In this document: piece after piece, positions 1 to 13,300 of the stretch | Layout: each line of letters starts with the position of its first letter | Numbering within the stretch: the stretch's first letter is position 1 | Assembly: GCA_002269645.1 (NCBI GenBank) | Contig: NIVC01000987.1 | Span: 1-28,417, forward strand | Length of the DNA stretch: 28,417 bases | Direction: 5' to 3' | From: Macrostomum lignano | Lineage: Eukaryota | Translations under genes and position numbers: made by a program | The notes under the pieces: generated by a model | What the model was told of the DNA's origin: nothing | What the model saw: the letters and a program-made list of their open reading frames with translations, nothing else | The model's database searches: none

Positions 1-51
1 AATATCAGATTTTAAAAAACTGCGAAAACGTTTGGGATATTAAAGTTTTAG

Positions 52-400
<349 letters not shown>

Positions 401-499
401 AAAGAAGCATTAGCGAGAGAACAGTAAGGGAGTTGAGAACAGACGGTAGATGAGAGGGAAAATAGTAGATTAGAAAGTCAATTTGAGAGCTGAGAGAGT

Positions 500-897
500 A
501 GACTGACACAGAGTAGAGTAGACACAATAGACTCTAATAGTAGAGTAGACAGAGTAGACTATAGTAGACAGAGTAGATAGTATATTAGACAAAGTAGAGA
601 GCAGAGTAGACAGAGTAGAGAGCAGAGTAGGCAGATTAGAGAGCAGAGTAGACATAGTAGAGAGCAGAGTAGACAGAGTAGAGAGCAGAGTAGGCAGATT
701 AGAGAGCAGAGTAGGCAGATTAGAGAGCAGAGTAGACAGAGTAGAGAGCAGAGTAGGCAGAGTAGAGAGCAGAGTAGACATAGTAGAGAGCAGAGTAGGC
801 GGAGCAGAGAGCAGAGTAGAGAGCAGAGTAGACAGAGTAGAGAGCAGAGTAGACAGAGTAGAGAGCAGAGTAGACAGAGTAGAAAGCAGAGCAGAGA
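500..897. repeat. 21-bp minisatellite (AGAGAGCAGAGTAGACAGAGT)
   Basis: The 21-bp period is directly visible (GAGCAGAGT at 821 and 842) and degenerates toward the left; it gives the LSTLLST repeat ORF. Confidence 0.9.
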
Positions 898-1074
898 AAC
901 TATATATAAATAAGCTCAACAATATTGAACAAAAGCTCGACCCCAACAAGCCCAAATGTCTAAATGACGGGATATATATGAACGCATATACATCAAGTCA
1001 GCATGTACCCTGTCATCGCGTACGCCCACACAACAGTAGAATTTCAACTTTGACAACAGCTTCATCAAATCACT

Positions 1075-1377
1075 TTAGTCCATCTCGCCGCCATCGAATC
1101 CCCGACTATAATCGTCTCGATCCGCATCAGCATGGCCATCTTCTTCGGCCTCTTCGCTGGAAATTCCAGCGCCGGAGAGAGTGTACAGGGCTCGGCCGAG
1201 CCACGACTGACGTCGCTGTGGCTGTTGCTGCTGCTGGCGACGGTCGTGCATGAAGTGCGACATTGGATCGCCCGGGTACGACGAGGCGCTGCCGCCTCCA
1301 ACGGCGCCGGCGCCGTCGCCAGATGAACGACCCTGGCGCTCCGTCTCGCTCACCGAGTAACCGCGCAGACGCTGGAA
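1075..1377 (-). CDS. Terminal coding exon of the BH3-only gene (FQRLRGYSVSE...RRQSWLGRALYTL...GEMD*)
   Basis: Acceptor ...ctcgctatgCAG|TTC at 1378/1377 follows a long pyrimidine tract. Phase 0 matches the upstream donor at 6154. It encodes 100 codons to TAA at 1077..1075. Confidence 0.8.
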   Translation of the reverse strand, partial: FQRLRGYSVSETERQGRSSGDGAGAVGGGSASSYPGDPMSHFMHDRRQQQQQPQRRQSWLGRALYTLSGAGISSEEAEEDGHADADRDDYSRGFDGGEMD

Positions 1378-4300
1378 CTGCATAGCGAGGGAGTGAGTGA
1401 GAGTGAGAGTGAGAGTGAGAGTCGGAGCGAGCGAGAGTGAGAGAGTGGAAGTGAGAGAGTGAGAGTGAGAGAGTAAGATTTAGACGGACAGAGTGAGAGA
1501 TGGAGAAAGCGAGTGACAGGAAGGAGCATAAATGTAGAGGCTGGACTAAAAAATGAAGCACGAGAATACTCGTAAAAGTTATACAAGGTTCTTATCTTAG
1601 TACCCAGAAACAAAATTTAAACAGATTCACAAACTTTTATCTGTCTAAAGCTCGCAACAGATTCACAAAAAAATTGTTAACCAAAAATTCATGTTCCTTT
1701 TTTATTACTTATAAGACACATGGCAAGTAGTATCATATGGAATTTCATAACGCACTATTAGTATTAGGCAAATCTTATCGCCAGGGTCCAGAGGTGGAAG
1801 TAGATTAAAAAAATTGCATTTCCAGGTAAGAATTTTGCACTACAGTCACGAGTTGGATTTATCAAAGCACTCTATAGAAGCTTTAACAGATTTAAACAAC
1901 ACGTATTGGACCCGTGCGCCGTGTGCCGAGGGTAGACTTCCATTGCACTTGACTTGCGCAGTGTTAAAAATCATCAGTCTCACTACAGATATGAAGCGCA
2001 GATACTTAGAATCAGGTGACTTAAATAACTATAAGATATACCACGTGAAGAGATTAGAGATCAGAACCATTTAGTTCTGGCTATACTATGCATACGCATA
2101 TATGCAAACTAAAATTGTCAAAAAGGCCATTTCCAAAAATAGACCCTGACGCCATGTCGCGAAGAGGGGGAGACCGGGCAAACGACAGGACACCCAGCTT
2201 AGCTGCTGTTTCCAGCGCAAACAAACTTTTATCCAGGGGCCAAGCACAGTCAGTCATCTTAGCTAAGATCAACAATTGAGACGCCAAATATACGCTCGTA
2301 CATTACGTTCGTTTATACAAAAAACATTTTGTTATTAAATTTAGAAGCAAGAATATACAGAACTACGCGTTGGTAACAGGTATGCATTTTTTTAGCGAAT
2401 CAACCTAATCACTGCTAGAGCACCCTGTGTGTCACCAATCACTGCTAGAGTTAATTCTCAGTGTCTTCAGATAAACATATTATACTTATAAATATTAATG
2501 TCACAATAGCCATAATCAAGAATTCAATAATTAATAAAGGACGCCAGGAACTTGTTTATTCACAAGTCTAAGAAAAGAACCCATGCTTATTCAAGTCTAT
2601 AAGCTACGAAATATTTTGGGTCAGCTGACTTCAGTCCAACCAGCCCACATATGGAATAAAAAATCAGCCAATGACAACGAAGGAGCAATGGAAGGTCAGT
2701 CATGCATTGGGAGAGAAATAGTGGGCGGGCGGTTTATCTCCCTCTCCCACTGGTTCCTGCAGTTCTTCTCTCTCTCTCAGCACGAAAAACCGCCACAATG
2801 TTGCACCGAATGAACTCCCCAATGCCACACATAGAATCCCGATACCGCATGTCTTTTTATACGTGTTTTTGATTAACTAAAAAAGTACGGGAAACTTCCA
2901 GTTTCTTAGAAGGTCAGTCGGGGGTTCGATTCTCGACCCACTAAGGAACAAATTGTGTCCTTGAGCAAGACGCTTAACTCTGCATTGCTTCAGTTCACCC
3001 AGCTGTAAAATGGGTGCCAGCATTAGCTGGGGTAGTTGAGGTAGCGCCGCACCTCAGGTCTGGTAAAGTTTAGAACCTGTAGGAAATTTGAGGGGTGGGG
3101 CCAACAAAGGCAATACTAAACCACCCCCCCCCCTGGTTTTTACCTTGAGCACTTGTAATAAAGCATTATTTTTTTAAATACCGAGTATAAAACAAAGTCA
3201 CGTGTCTCGCTGCTGAGGCGCTGAAGAGGTGGGGGTGGGCGCGAACCCTCCTCTCGCTCCTCTCTCTCCTACCACCCCTCACTCTCTTCCCCAATCGCTC
3301 ATTCATAAAAACAGGGCCAGTCTAGTATCTATCTCCCCTCTCCCTCTCTCTCGGCATAGCAACCCAATCAGAATACGAGTATACACAACTGCCGCAATCT
3401 CTTCATAAAAAAAGTATTCAGTATTAATATAGTCAATATTGCAAGGAATTAAACTAAATCCAGGCATTGGCACGTGACCGTGACATGCATGACAGGGTCG
3501 GGTTTAGTTTGGCAAGGGGAAGAGAAGCTGTGACGCATACTGTCTAACGTTGTCATCTTTCTTATCTTTATTAAAACAACTTCGTGTATGTCAGCCTCAT
3601 CATTCAATAAACACTTCTGTAGCAGGAGGAAACTCCGAATTCTGACCAATTAGGTCAATTTTATTACAGCACCGCTCTTTATGTTAAGATAATCTCACTC
3701 CTGTCTCAGGGTGAGTAGAAGATTCATATAATCTCACTCGTGTCTCAGGGTGAGAAAAGATTCTAATAATCTCACTCCCGTCTCAGGGTGAGTAGAAGAT
3801 TCTGATAATCTCACTCCTGTCTCAGGGTGAGAGAAGATTCTAATAATCTCACTCGTGTCTCAGGGTGAGAGAAGATTCGGATAATCTCATGCCTGATCTA
3901 TAGAAGAGGATTTTGAAGTTATCCTTCTAGAATATGAAGGCCCTAGATACTATTTGGGGCCCTGGATACTAAAAGAAGACTCCAGTTGATGAGAGTTTTT
4001 TATTTCCTGTTTTACGATTATTATTATTGCACATAAGAAGCATCGAATCGTGGAGGCATGTGAGGGCATCTGAGACGATGACCTTCACATGACCTTGAGC
4101 TGGAGCAATATTCTAATAATAATAAACAAAACTAAGTACGAGTTGAGACAAAGACCTACAGGGCCTGTTTTGATAAAAATTCAGCCTTGGCAACTGATAG
4201 TTGAGTGCACTGTACTCAAAACTGGACCTTTCATTTCAGGATTCTAAAATTGATTTTAGTCACGCTATATATACTAGTGCCAGGCTAAACTAAAATAAGC

Positions 4301-7300
4301 CTCAGGGTGAACTAAAATGAACCCCAGGCTAACCTAAAATGAACCTTAAGCTAACCTAAAAGGACTTCAGGCTAACAACCTAAAATGGATAAAATGGACC
4401 ACAAGCTAAACTACAATGAACTTCAGGCTAAACTAAATTGGACATCAGGCTAACCTAAAATGGACCTCAGGCTAACCTTAAATGGACCTCAGGCTAACCT
4501 TAAATGGACCTCAGACTAACCTTAAATGGACCTCAGGCTAACCTAAAATGGACCTCAGGCTAACCTTAAATGGACCTCAGGCTAACCTAAAATGGACCTC
4601 ACGCTAACCTTAAATGGACCTCAGGCTAACCTAAAATGGACCTCAGGCTAACCTAAAATGGACCTCAGGCTAACCTTAAATGGACCTCACGCTAACCTAA
4701 AATGGACCTCAGGCTAACCTTAAATGGACCTCAGGCTAACCTTAAATGGACCTCAGGCTAACCTAAAATGGACCTCAGACTAACCTTAAATGGACCTCAG
4801 GCTAACCTAAAATGGACCTCAGGCTAACCTTAAATGGACCTCAGGCTAACCTAAAATGGACCTCAGGCTAACCTTAAATGGACCTCAGGCTAACCTAAAA
4901 TGGACCTCAGGCTAACCTAAAATGGACCTCAGGCTAACCTTAAATGGACCTCAGGCTAACCTTAAATGGACCTCACGCTAACCTAAAATGGACCTCACGC
5001 TAACCTTAAATGGATCTCAGGCTAACCTAAAATGGACCTCAGGCTAACCTAAAATGGACCTCAGGCTAACCTTAAATGGACCTCAGGCTAACCTTAAATG
5101 GACCTCAGGCTAACCTAAAATGGACCTCAGGCTAACCTTAAATGGACCTCAGGCTAACCTAAAATGGACCTCAGGCTAACCTAAAATGGACCTCAGGCTA
5201 ACCTTAAATGGACCTCAGGCTAACCTAAAATAGACCTCAGGCTAACCTTAAATGGACCTCAGGCTAACCTTAAATGGACCTCAGACTAACCTTAAATGGA
5301 CCTCAGGCTAACCTTAAATGGACCTCAGGCTAACCTTAAATGGACCTCAGGCTAACCTAAAATGGACCTCAGGCTAACCTTAAATGGACCTCAGGCTAAC
5401 CTTAAATGGACCTCAGGCTAACCTAAAATAGACCTCAGGCTAACCTTAAATGGACCTCAGGCTAACCTTAAATGGACCTCAGACTAACCTTAAATGGACC
5501 TCAGGCTAACCTTAAATGGACCTCAGGCTAACCTTAAATGGACCTCAGGCTAACCTAAAATGGACCTCAGGCTAACCTTAAATGGACCTCAGGCTAACCT
5601 AAAATGGACCTCAGGCTAACCTAAAATGGACCTCAGGCTAACCTTAAATGGACCTCAGGCTAACCTTAAATGGACCTCACGCTAACCTAAAATGGACCTC
5701 ACGCTAACCTTAAATGGACCTCAGGCTAACCTAAAATGGACCTCAGGCTAACCTTAAATGGACCTCAGGCTAACCTTAAATGGACCTCAGGCTAACCTTA
5801 AATGGACCTCAGGCTAACCTAAAATGGACCTCAGGCTAACCTTAAATGGACCTCAGGCTAACCTTAAATGGACCTCACGCTAACCTAAAATGGACCTCAG
5901 GCTAACCTAAAATGGACCTCAGGCTAACCTTAAATGGACCTCAGGCTAACCTAAAATGGACCTCACGCTAACCTAAAATGGACCTCACGCTAACCTTAAA
6001 TGGACCTCAGGCTAACCTAAAATGGACCTCAGGCTAAACTAAAATGGACCTCAGGCTAAACTAAGCTACTAAAATAGACCTCAGAATACAATCATACTAA
6101 AGGAGAGAAATGAATATAATTTTTTAAGGAATTTTAGGTCTAAAAAAACTTACCACGAGAACTTCGCTGCGATTTTGCACAGACGACCTGCTGCTATCAA
6201 TCTCGTCACCAATGTGTCGAAGTCTCATAGCAACCATTTCGACGCTCTCTTCGCGTCGCATTTGCAGGCGCAACTGTTGAGCATCTTCAGGCATCACTGG
6301 CACAGACTGGCTGCGCACCCGGATGTCAACTACGGTGGTCTCCAGTAGAAGGTCTGGCAGCGGCTCCCGCTGGTTCAAAAGACTGCGAGCTGAGCAGAAT
6401 GGGGGGATTGTAGGTGGGGAATGAGTTAATCAAGAAATCCATAGCGGGTACTTATTAATAATTCATCTTCGGAATCTGTTAGAGAATATTACATTAAGGT
6501 CTTTTATTCAAATATATTGAGGTTTTTCCTTCAATTGATTGGGATCATTTCTTTGAATCGATCGGGATCATTTCTTTGAATCGATCGGGATCATTTCTTG
6601 GAATTGATTGGTATCATTTCTTGGAATTGATTGGGATCATTTCTTGGAATTGATTGGGATCATTTCTTGGAATTGATTGGGATCATTTCTTGGAATTGAT
6701 TAGGGTCATTTCTTGGAATTGATTAGGGTCATTTCTTGGAATTGATTAGGGTCATTTCTTGGAATTTATTAAAGTCATTTCTTGGAATTGATTAGGATTA
6801 TTTTTTGGAATTGATTAGGGTCATTTCTTGGAATTGATTAGGGTCATTTCTTGGAATCGATTAGGATTATTTCTTGGAATTGATTAGGGTCATTTCTTGG
6901 AATTGATTAAAATTATTTCTTGGAATTGATTAGGGTCATTTCTTGGAATTGATTGGGATCATTTCTGTGAATTTGATAATGCAATTTCTTAGAATCCGAT
7001 TAGTGAAATTTCTTAGAATCGATTGGGGTCATTTCTTAGATTTCAATTGATGCAATTTCTTAGAATCGATTGGGGTCATTTCATAGATTTCAATTGATAC
7101 AATTTCTTAGAATCGATTGGGGTGATTTTGACATTTTCTTAGAATCCGATTAGTGAAATTTCTTAGAATCGATTTGGGTTATTTCTAAGAATCTATTTGG
7201 ATCATTTTCTTAGAATACTATTTGGGTTATTTCTAAGAATCTATTTGGATCATTTTCTTAGAATACTATTTGGGTTATTTCTAAGAATCTATTTGGATCA

Positions 7301-10300
7301 TTTTCTTAGAATACGATTTGGGTTATTTCTAAGAATCTATTTGGATCATTTTCTTAGAATACGATTTGGGTTATTTCTAAAATTCTATTCGGATCATTTT
7401 CTTAGAATACTATTTGGGTTATTTCTAAGAATCTATTCGGATCATTTTCTTAGAATACTATTTGGGTTATTTCTAAGAATCTATTTGGATCATTTTCTTA
7501 GAATACGATTTGGGTTATTTCTAAGAATCTATTTGGATCATTTTCTTAGAATACGATTTGGGTTATTTCTAAAAATCTATTCGGATCATTTTCTTAGAAT
7601 ACTATTTGGGTTATTTCTAAGAATCTATTTGGATCATTTTCTTAGAATACGATTAGGGTTATTTCTAAGAATCTATTTGGATCATTTTCTTAGAATACGA
7701 TTTGGGTTATTTCTAAGAATCTATTTTGATAATTTTCTTAGAATACGATTTGGGTTATTTCTAAGAATCTATTTGGATCATTTTCTTAGAATACGATTTG
7801 GGTTATTTCTAAGAATCTATTTGGATCATTTTCTTAGAATACGATTTGGGTTATTTCTAAAAATCTATTCGGATCATTTTCTTAGAATACTATTTGGGTT
7901 ATTTCTAAGAATCTATTTGGATCATTTTCTTAGAATACGATTTGGGTTATTTCTAAGAATCTATTTGGATCATTTTCTTAGAATACGATTTGGGTTATTT
8001 CTAAGAATCTATTTGGATCATTTTCTTAGAATACGATTTGGGTTATTTCTAAAAATCTATTCGGATCATTTTCTTAGAATACTATTTGGGTTATTTCTAA
8101 GAATCTATTTTGATAATTTTCTTAGAATACGATTTGGGTTATTTCTAAGAATCTATTTGGATCATTTTCTTAGAATACGATTTGGGTTATTTCTAAGAAT
8201 CTATTTTGATAATTTTCTTAGAATACGATTTGGGTTATTTCTAAGAATCTATTTGGATCATTTTCTTAGAATCCAATTGGTGACATTTCTTAGAATCGAT
8301 TGGTGAAATTTCTTAGAATCGATTGGGGTCATTTCTTAAAATCTATTTGGATCATTTTCTTAGATTTCAATTGATGCAATTTCCTAAAACCAATCGAGAT
8401 CACATCTCGGGAGCCATAAACGAGAGGTCACATTTTTATCGCGGTCACCTTAACTTATCATCCATTGATTTGGGGTCAAATTTATGCTTAAAAATCACAG
8501 AATCCTACTATCTACCGCCCAAAAATTAACAAACATCAGCCATAATAACTGTTATAAACAATGTCGCAGTTATAACCATGTCAAGGTCACGATATAGTAT
8601 AACCCAAGATAGATAAAAGCTTTACTACATTGTTAAAACAAACATTGCTATTCGGCACGTTGGACAAAACTATAGGCCGCTCACTGTTTAGGAATTATAA
8701 CTACGTCTCAGTCTGGCTTTCTGTGTCTGCATTTCGAATTTCCCCCTCTCTCTCATCTCTTCTCTCCTTTTATCTCTAATATTCTCTCCCTCTCTCCTCT
8801 ATTCCTCTCCTCCCTCAACTGGCCCGCAGCCATGAGCTGGATTGTTTAGCAGGCCCTTGAGGTAAAGAATTTTAACAACCCGCAACGCTTTTAAATGAAG
8901 GGTCAGAGGGAGTTAAAACAAAGACGCTCCTGTCAACTTTGCTTCGCTTCTCTGTTATTTTATTTCATTTGCATATTTCCAACTGTCGTTCCAGTGCCGC
9001 CTATTCATAAACAGCTTAATCACGTGACCGGAGACGACCCCAGAGTGACACCTGCTTCTAGCTGAAATTTATTCAAAGCATTTATGAGTCTGCCTGCCTT
9101 TGTGCTCACTGCTTATACAAACAGACGCTATAGACAATGGTACTTACTCTGCTTACTCATGGAGATATAAGCTCTAGAACCAGTGTGATCTGGTAGCAAT
9201 TCCTCTGCACTACATCTAGTGACTCTGTGCCCTGTCTAGTGACTCTGCAATCCATCTAGTGACTCTGTGCCCTGTCTAGTGACTCTGCAATCCATCTAGT
9301 GACTCTGCCCTGTCTAGTGACTCTGCAATCCATCTAGTGACTCTGTGCCCTGTCTAGTGACTCTGCAATCCATCTAGTGACTCTGTGCCCTGTCTAGTGA
9401 CTCTGCAATCCATCTAGTGACTCTGTGCCCTGTCTAGTGACTCTGCAATCCATCTAGTGACTCTGTGCCCTGTCTAGTGAATCTGCAATCCATCTAGTGA
9501 CTCTGCAATCCATCTAGTGACTCTGTGCCCTGTCTAGTGACTCTGCAATCCATCTAGTGACTCTGTAATCCATCTAGTGACTCTGCACTCCATCTAGTGA
9601 CTCTGTGCCCTGTCTAGTGACTCTGCAATCCATCTAGTGACTCTGTACTCCATCTAGTAACTCTGTGAACCATCTAGTGACTCTGCACTCCATCTAGTGA
9701 CTCTGTACTCCATCTAGTAACTCTGTGAACCATCTAGTGACTCTGCAATCCATCTAGTGACTCTGCACTCCATCTAGTGACTCTGTGCCCTGTCTAGTGA
9801 CTCTGCAATCCATCTAGTGACTCTGTGCCCTGTCTAGTGACTCTGTACTCCATCTAGTGACTCTGCACTCCATCTAGTGACTCTGTGCCCTGTCTAGTGA
9901 CTCTGCAATCCATCTAGTGACTCTGTACTCCATCTAGTAACTCTGTGAACCATCTAGTGACTCTGCAATCCATCTAGTGACTCTGCACTCCATCTAGTGA
10001 CTCTGTACTCCATCTAGTGACTCTGTACTCCATCTAGTGACTCTGCACTCCATCTAGTGACTCTGTGCCCTGTCTAGTGACTCTGAAATCCATCTAGTGA
10101 CTCTGTACTCCATCTAGTAACTCTGTGAACCATCTAGTGACTCTGCAATCCATCTAGTGACTCTGCACTCCATCTAGTGACTCTGTACTCCATCTAGTGA
10201 CTCTGTACTCCATCTAGTGACTCTGTACTCCATCTAGTGACTCTGCACTCCATCTAGTGACTCTGTGCCCTGTCTAGTGACTCTGCAATCCATCTAGTGA

Positions 10301-13300
10301 CTCTGTACTCCATCTAGTAACTCTGTGAACCATCTAGTGACTCTGCAATCCATCTAGTGACTCTGCACTCCATCTAGTGACTCTGTACTCCATCTAGTAA
10401 CTCTGTGAACCATCTAGTGACTCTGCAATCCATCTAGTGACTCTGCACTCCATCTAGTGACTCTGTGCCCTGTCTAGTGACTCTGCAATCCATCTAGTGA
10501 CTCTGTGCCCTGTCTAGTGACTCTGTACTCCATCTAGTGACTCTGCACTCCATCTAGTGACTCTGTGAACCATCTAGTGACTCTGCAATCCATCTAGTGA
10601 CTCTGCACTCCATCTAGTGACTCTGTGCCCTGTCTAGTGACTCTGCAATCCATCTAGTGACTCTGTGCCCTGTCTAGTGACTCTGTACTCCATCTAGTGA
10701 CTCTGCACTCCATCTAGTGACTCTGTGCCCTGTCTAGTGACTCTGCAATCCATCTAGTGACTCTGTACTCCATCTAGTAACTCTGTGAACCATCTAGTGA
10801 CTCTGCAATCCATCTAGTGACTCTGCACTCCATCTAGTGACTCTGTGCCCTGTCTAGTGACTCTGCAATCCATCTAGTGACTCTGTGCCCTGTCTAGTGA
10901 CTCTGTACTCCATCTAGTGACTCTGCACTCCATCTAGTGACTCTGTGAACCATCTAGTGACTCTGCAATCCATCTAGTGACTCTGCACTCCATCTAGTGA
11001 CTCTGTGCCCTGTCTAGTGACTCTGCAATCCATCTAGTGACTCTGTGCCCTGTCTAGTGACTCTGTACTCCATCTAGTGACTCTGCACTCCATCTAGTGA
11101 CTCTGTGCCCTGTCTAGTGACTCTGCAATCCATCTAGTGACTCTGTACTCCATCTAGTAACTCTGTGAACCATCTAGTGACTCTGCACTCCATCTAGTGA
11201 CTCTGTACTCCATCTAGTAACTCTGTGAACCATCTAGTGACTCTGCACTCCATCTAGTGACTCTGTACTCCATCTAGTAACTCTGTGAACCATCTAGTGA
11301 CTCTGCAATCCATCTAGTGACTCTGCACTCCATCTAGTGACTCTGTGCCCTGTCTAGTGACTCTGTACTCCATCTAGTAACTCTGTGAACCATCTAGTGA
11401 CTCTGCAATCCATCTAGTGACTCTGCACTCCATCTAGTGACTCTGCAATTCATCTAGTGACTCTGCACTCCATCTAGTGACTCTGTGCCCTGTCTAGTGA
11501 CTCTGCAATCCATCTAGTAACTCTGCAATTCATCTAGTGACTCTGCACTCCATCTAGTAACTCTGCACTCCATCTAGTAACTCTGCAATCCATCTAGTGA
11601 CTCTGCACTCCATCTAGTAACTCTGCAATCCATCTAGTAACTATGTGAACCATCTAGTGACTCTGCACTCCATCTAGTAACTCTGCAATCCATCTAGTGA
11701 CTCTGCACACCATCTAGTGACTCTGCACTCCATCTAGTAACTCTGCAATCCATCTAGTGACTCTGCACTCCATCTAGTAACTCTGCAATCCATCTAGTAA
11801 CTATGTGAACCATCTAGTGACTCTGCACACCATCTAGTGACTCTGCACTCCATCTAGTACGAGCTAACTCTGCAATCCATCTAGTAACTCTGCAATCCAT
11901 CTAGTGACTCTGCACTCCATCTAGTGACTCTGCAATCCATCTAGTGACTCTGCAATCCATCTAGTAACTCTGTGAACCATCTAGTGACTCTGCACTCCAT
12001 CTAGTGACTCTGCACTCCATCTAGTGACTCTGCACTCCATCTAGTGACTCTGCACTCCATCTAGTGACTCTGCACTCCATCTAGTGACTCTGTTCCCTAT
12101 CTAGTGACTCTGTTCCCTATCTAGTGACTCTGTTCCCTATCTAGTGACTCTGTTCCCTATCTAGTCACCTCTTGTGCGCCCCTTGTGGCGCCCCTTGTGC
12201 GCGTTTAATTAGCTAACTAGTAACCAATTTATTAAAGAATTGCTGAATATTAATACTTACGATTGCACCTATTGCGCAGATACTTCAGACGACGAGTATT
12301 ACACGTACATATATACATATCGTAGAAAGCGATATTCCTAATGAGTCATTCAGTTTCACTATACTATATACACTGAAAGGTCTTTAGTCTAGACAATAAA
12401 ATAATAGTACTGCAGTACTAGATCCACACATTCATATTTACATAGCTGCACGGACACACGTTCAGCTAGCTGGTATTATTAATAAAATGGGAAAATTCGA
12501 AATATACGCTCCTATCAACGAACAACAGTGCAACAGTGAATATGCCCGTAGCCAAATAATTAATAGTACTACAGAGTCCCTTAACACCGTCTATATATGT
12601 ACGAGTAGACCAGACAAAGGGGTCGAAACAACTTTTTTTTACCTTAAAGCGCCTGAAAAATAATTAATCTATACCTCATGGATGCGGGCCAGATAAGAGA
12701 GAAAAATAGTTTGAATAGAGGAGAGAGAAATTAGAAAAGAAGGGATGAGTGATAGGAGAGAAGATATGAGATGAAATAAGGGATGAGAGAAGAGATGAGA
12801 GAGGAAGAGAGAGGGAAGAGAGAAGAGAAGCGGGTAGAGTAGAGAGGGGAGAGACAAGAGAGGAGAGGGGAGAGGGGAGAGAAGAGAGTAGTGGAGAGAG
12901 AAGAGAGTAGGGGAGAGAGAAGAGAGTAGGGGAGAGAACAGGGTAGAGAGGAGAGAGAAGAAGGTAAAGAGGAGAGAGGAGAGGTTAGAGAGGAGAGAGG
13001 AAAGAGGAAAGAGGAGGGAAGAGAGAAGAGACGAGAGAGGAGACAGGAGGGAAGAAAGAAGAGAGGAGAGAGTAGGGAGAAGAGAACAGGGGAGAGAGAA
13101 GAGAGGAGGGGAGAGAGAGAAGAGAGGAAAGGGGAGAGAAGAAAGGAGAGGAGAGAGAGAAGAGATTAGGGGGAGAAAGAGGGTAGAGAGGATTAGGGAG
13201 AGAGGAGAGAGTACAGGAGAGAGGAGAGAAAAGAGGGTAGAGAGAAGAGAGCTGAGAGAAGAGACATCAACCTTAAGCGGGCCAGATTCCTATTGTGAAA

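Noticed and set aside
978-1326. Plus-strand ORFs including a TM-like LWLLLLLATVV stretch
   Set aside because: They are antisense shadows of the CAG-rich terminal exon; the minus frame has matching splice sites and phase.
3690-3889. CRISPR-like palindromic direct repeats
   Set aside because: There are no unique spacers and no cas genes, and the context is a eukaryotic intron.
7197-8306. 369-aa ORF, the longest in the window
   Set aside because: It is a pure translation of a 48-bp satellite (16-aa repeat), has a TTG start, and lies antisense within an intron.
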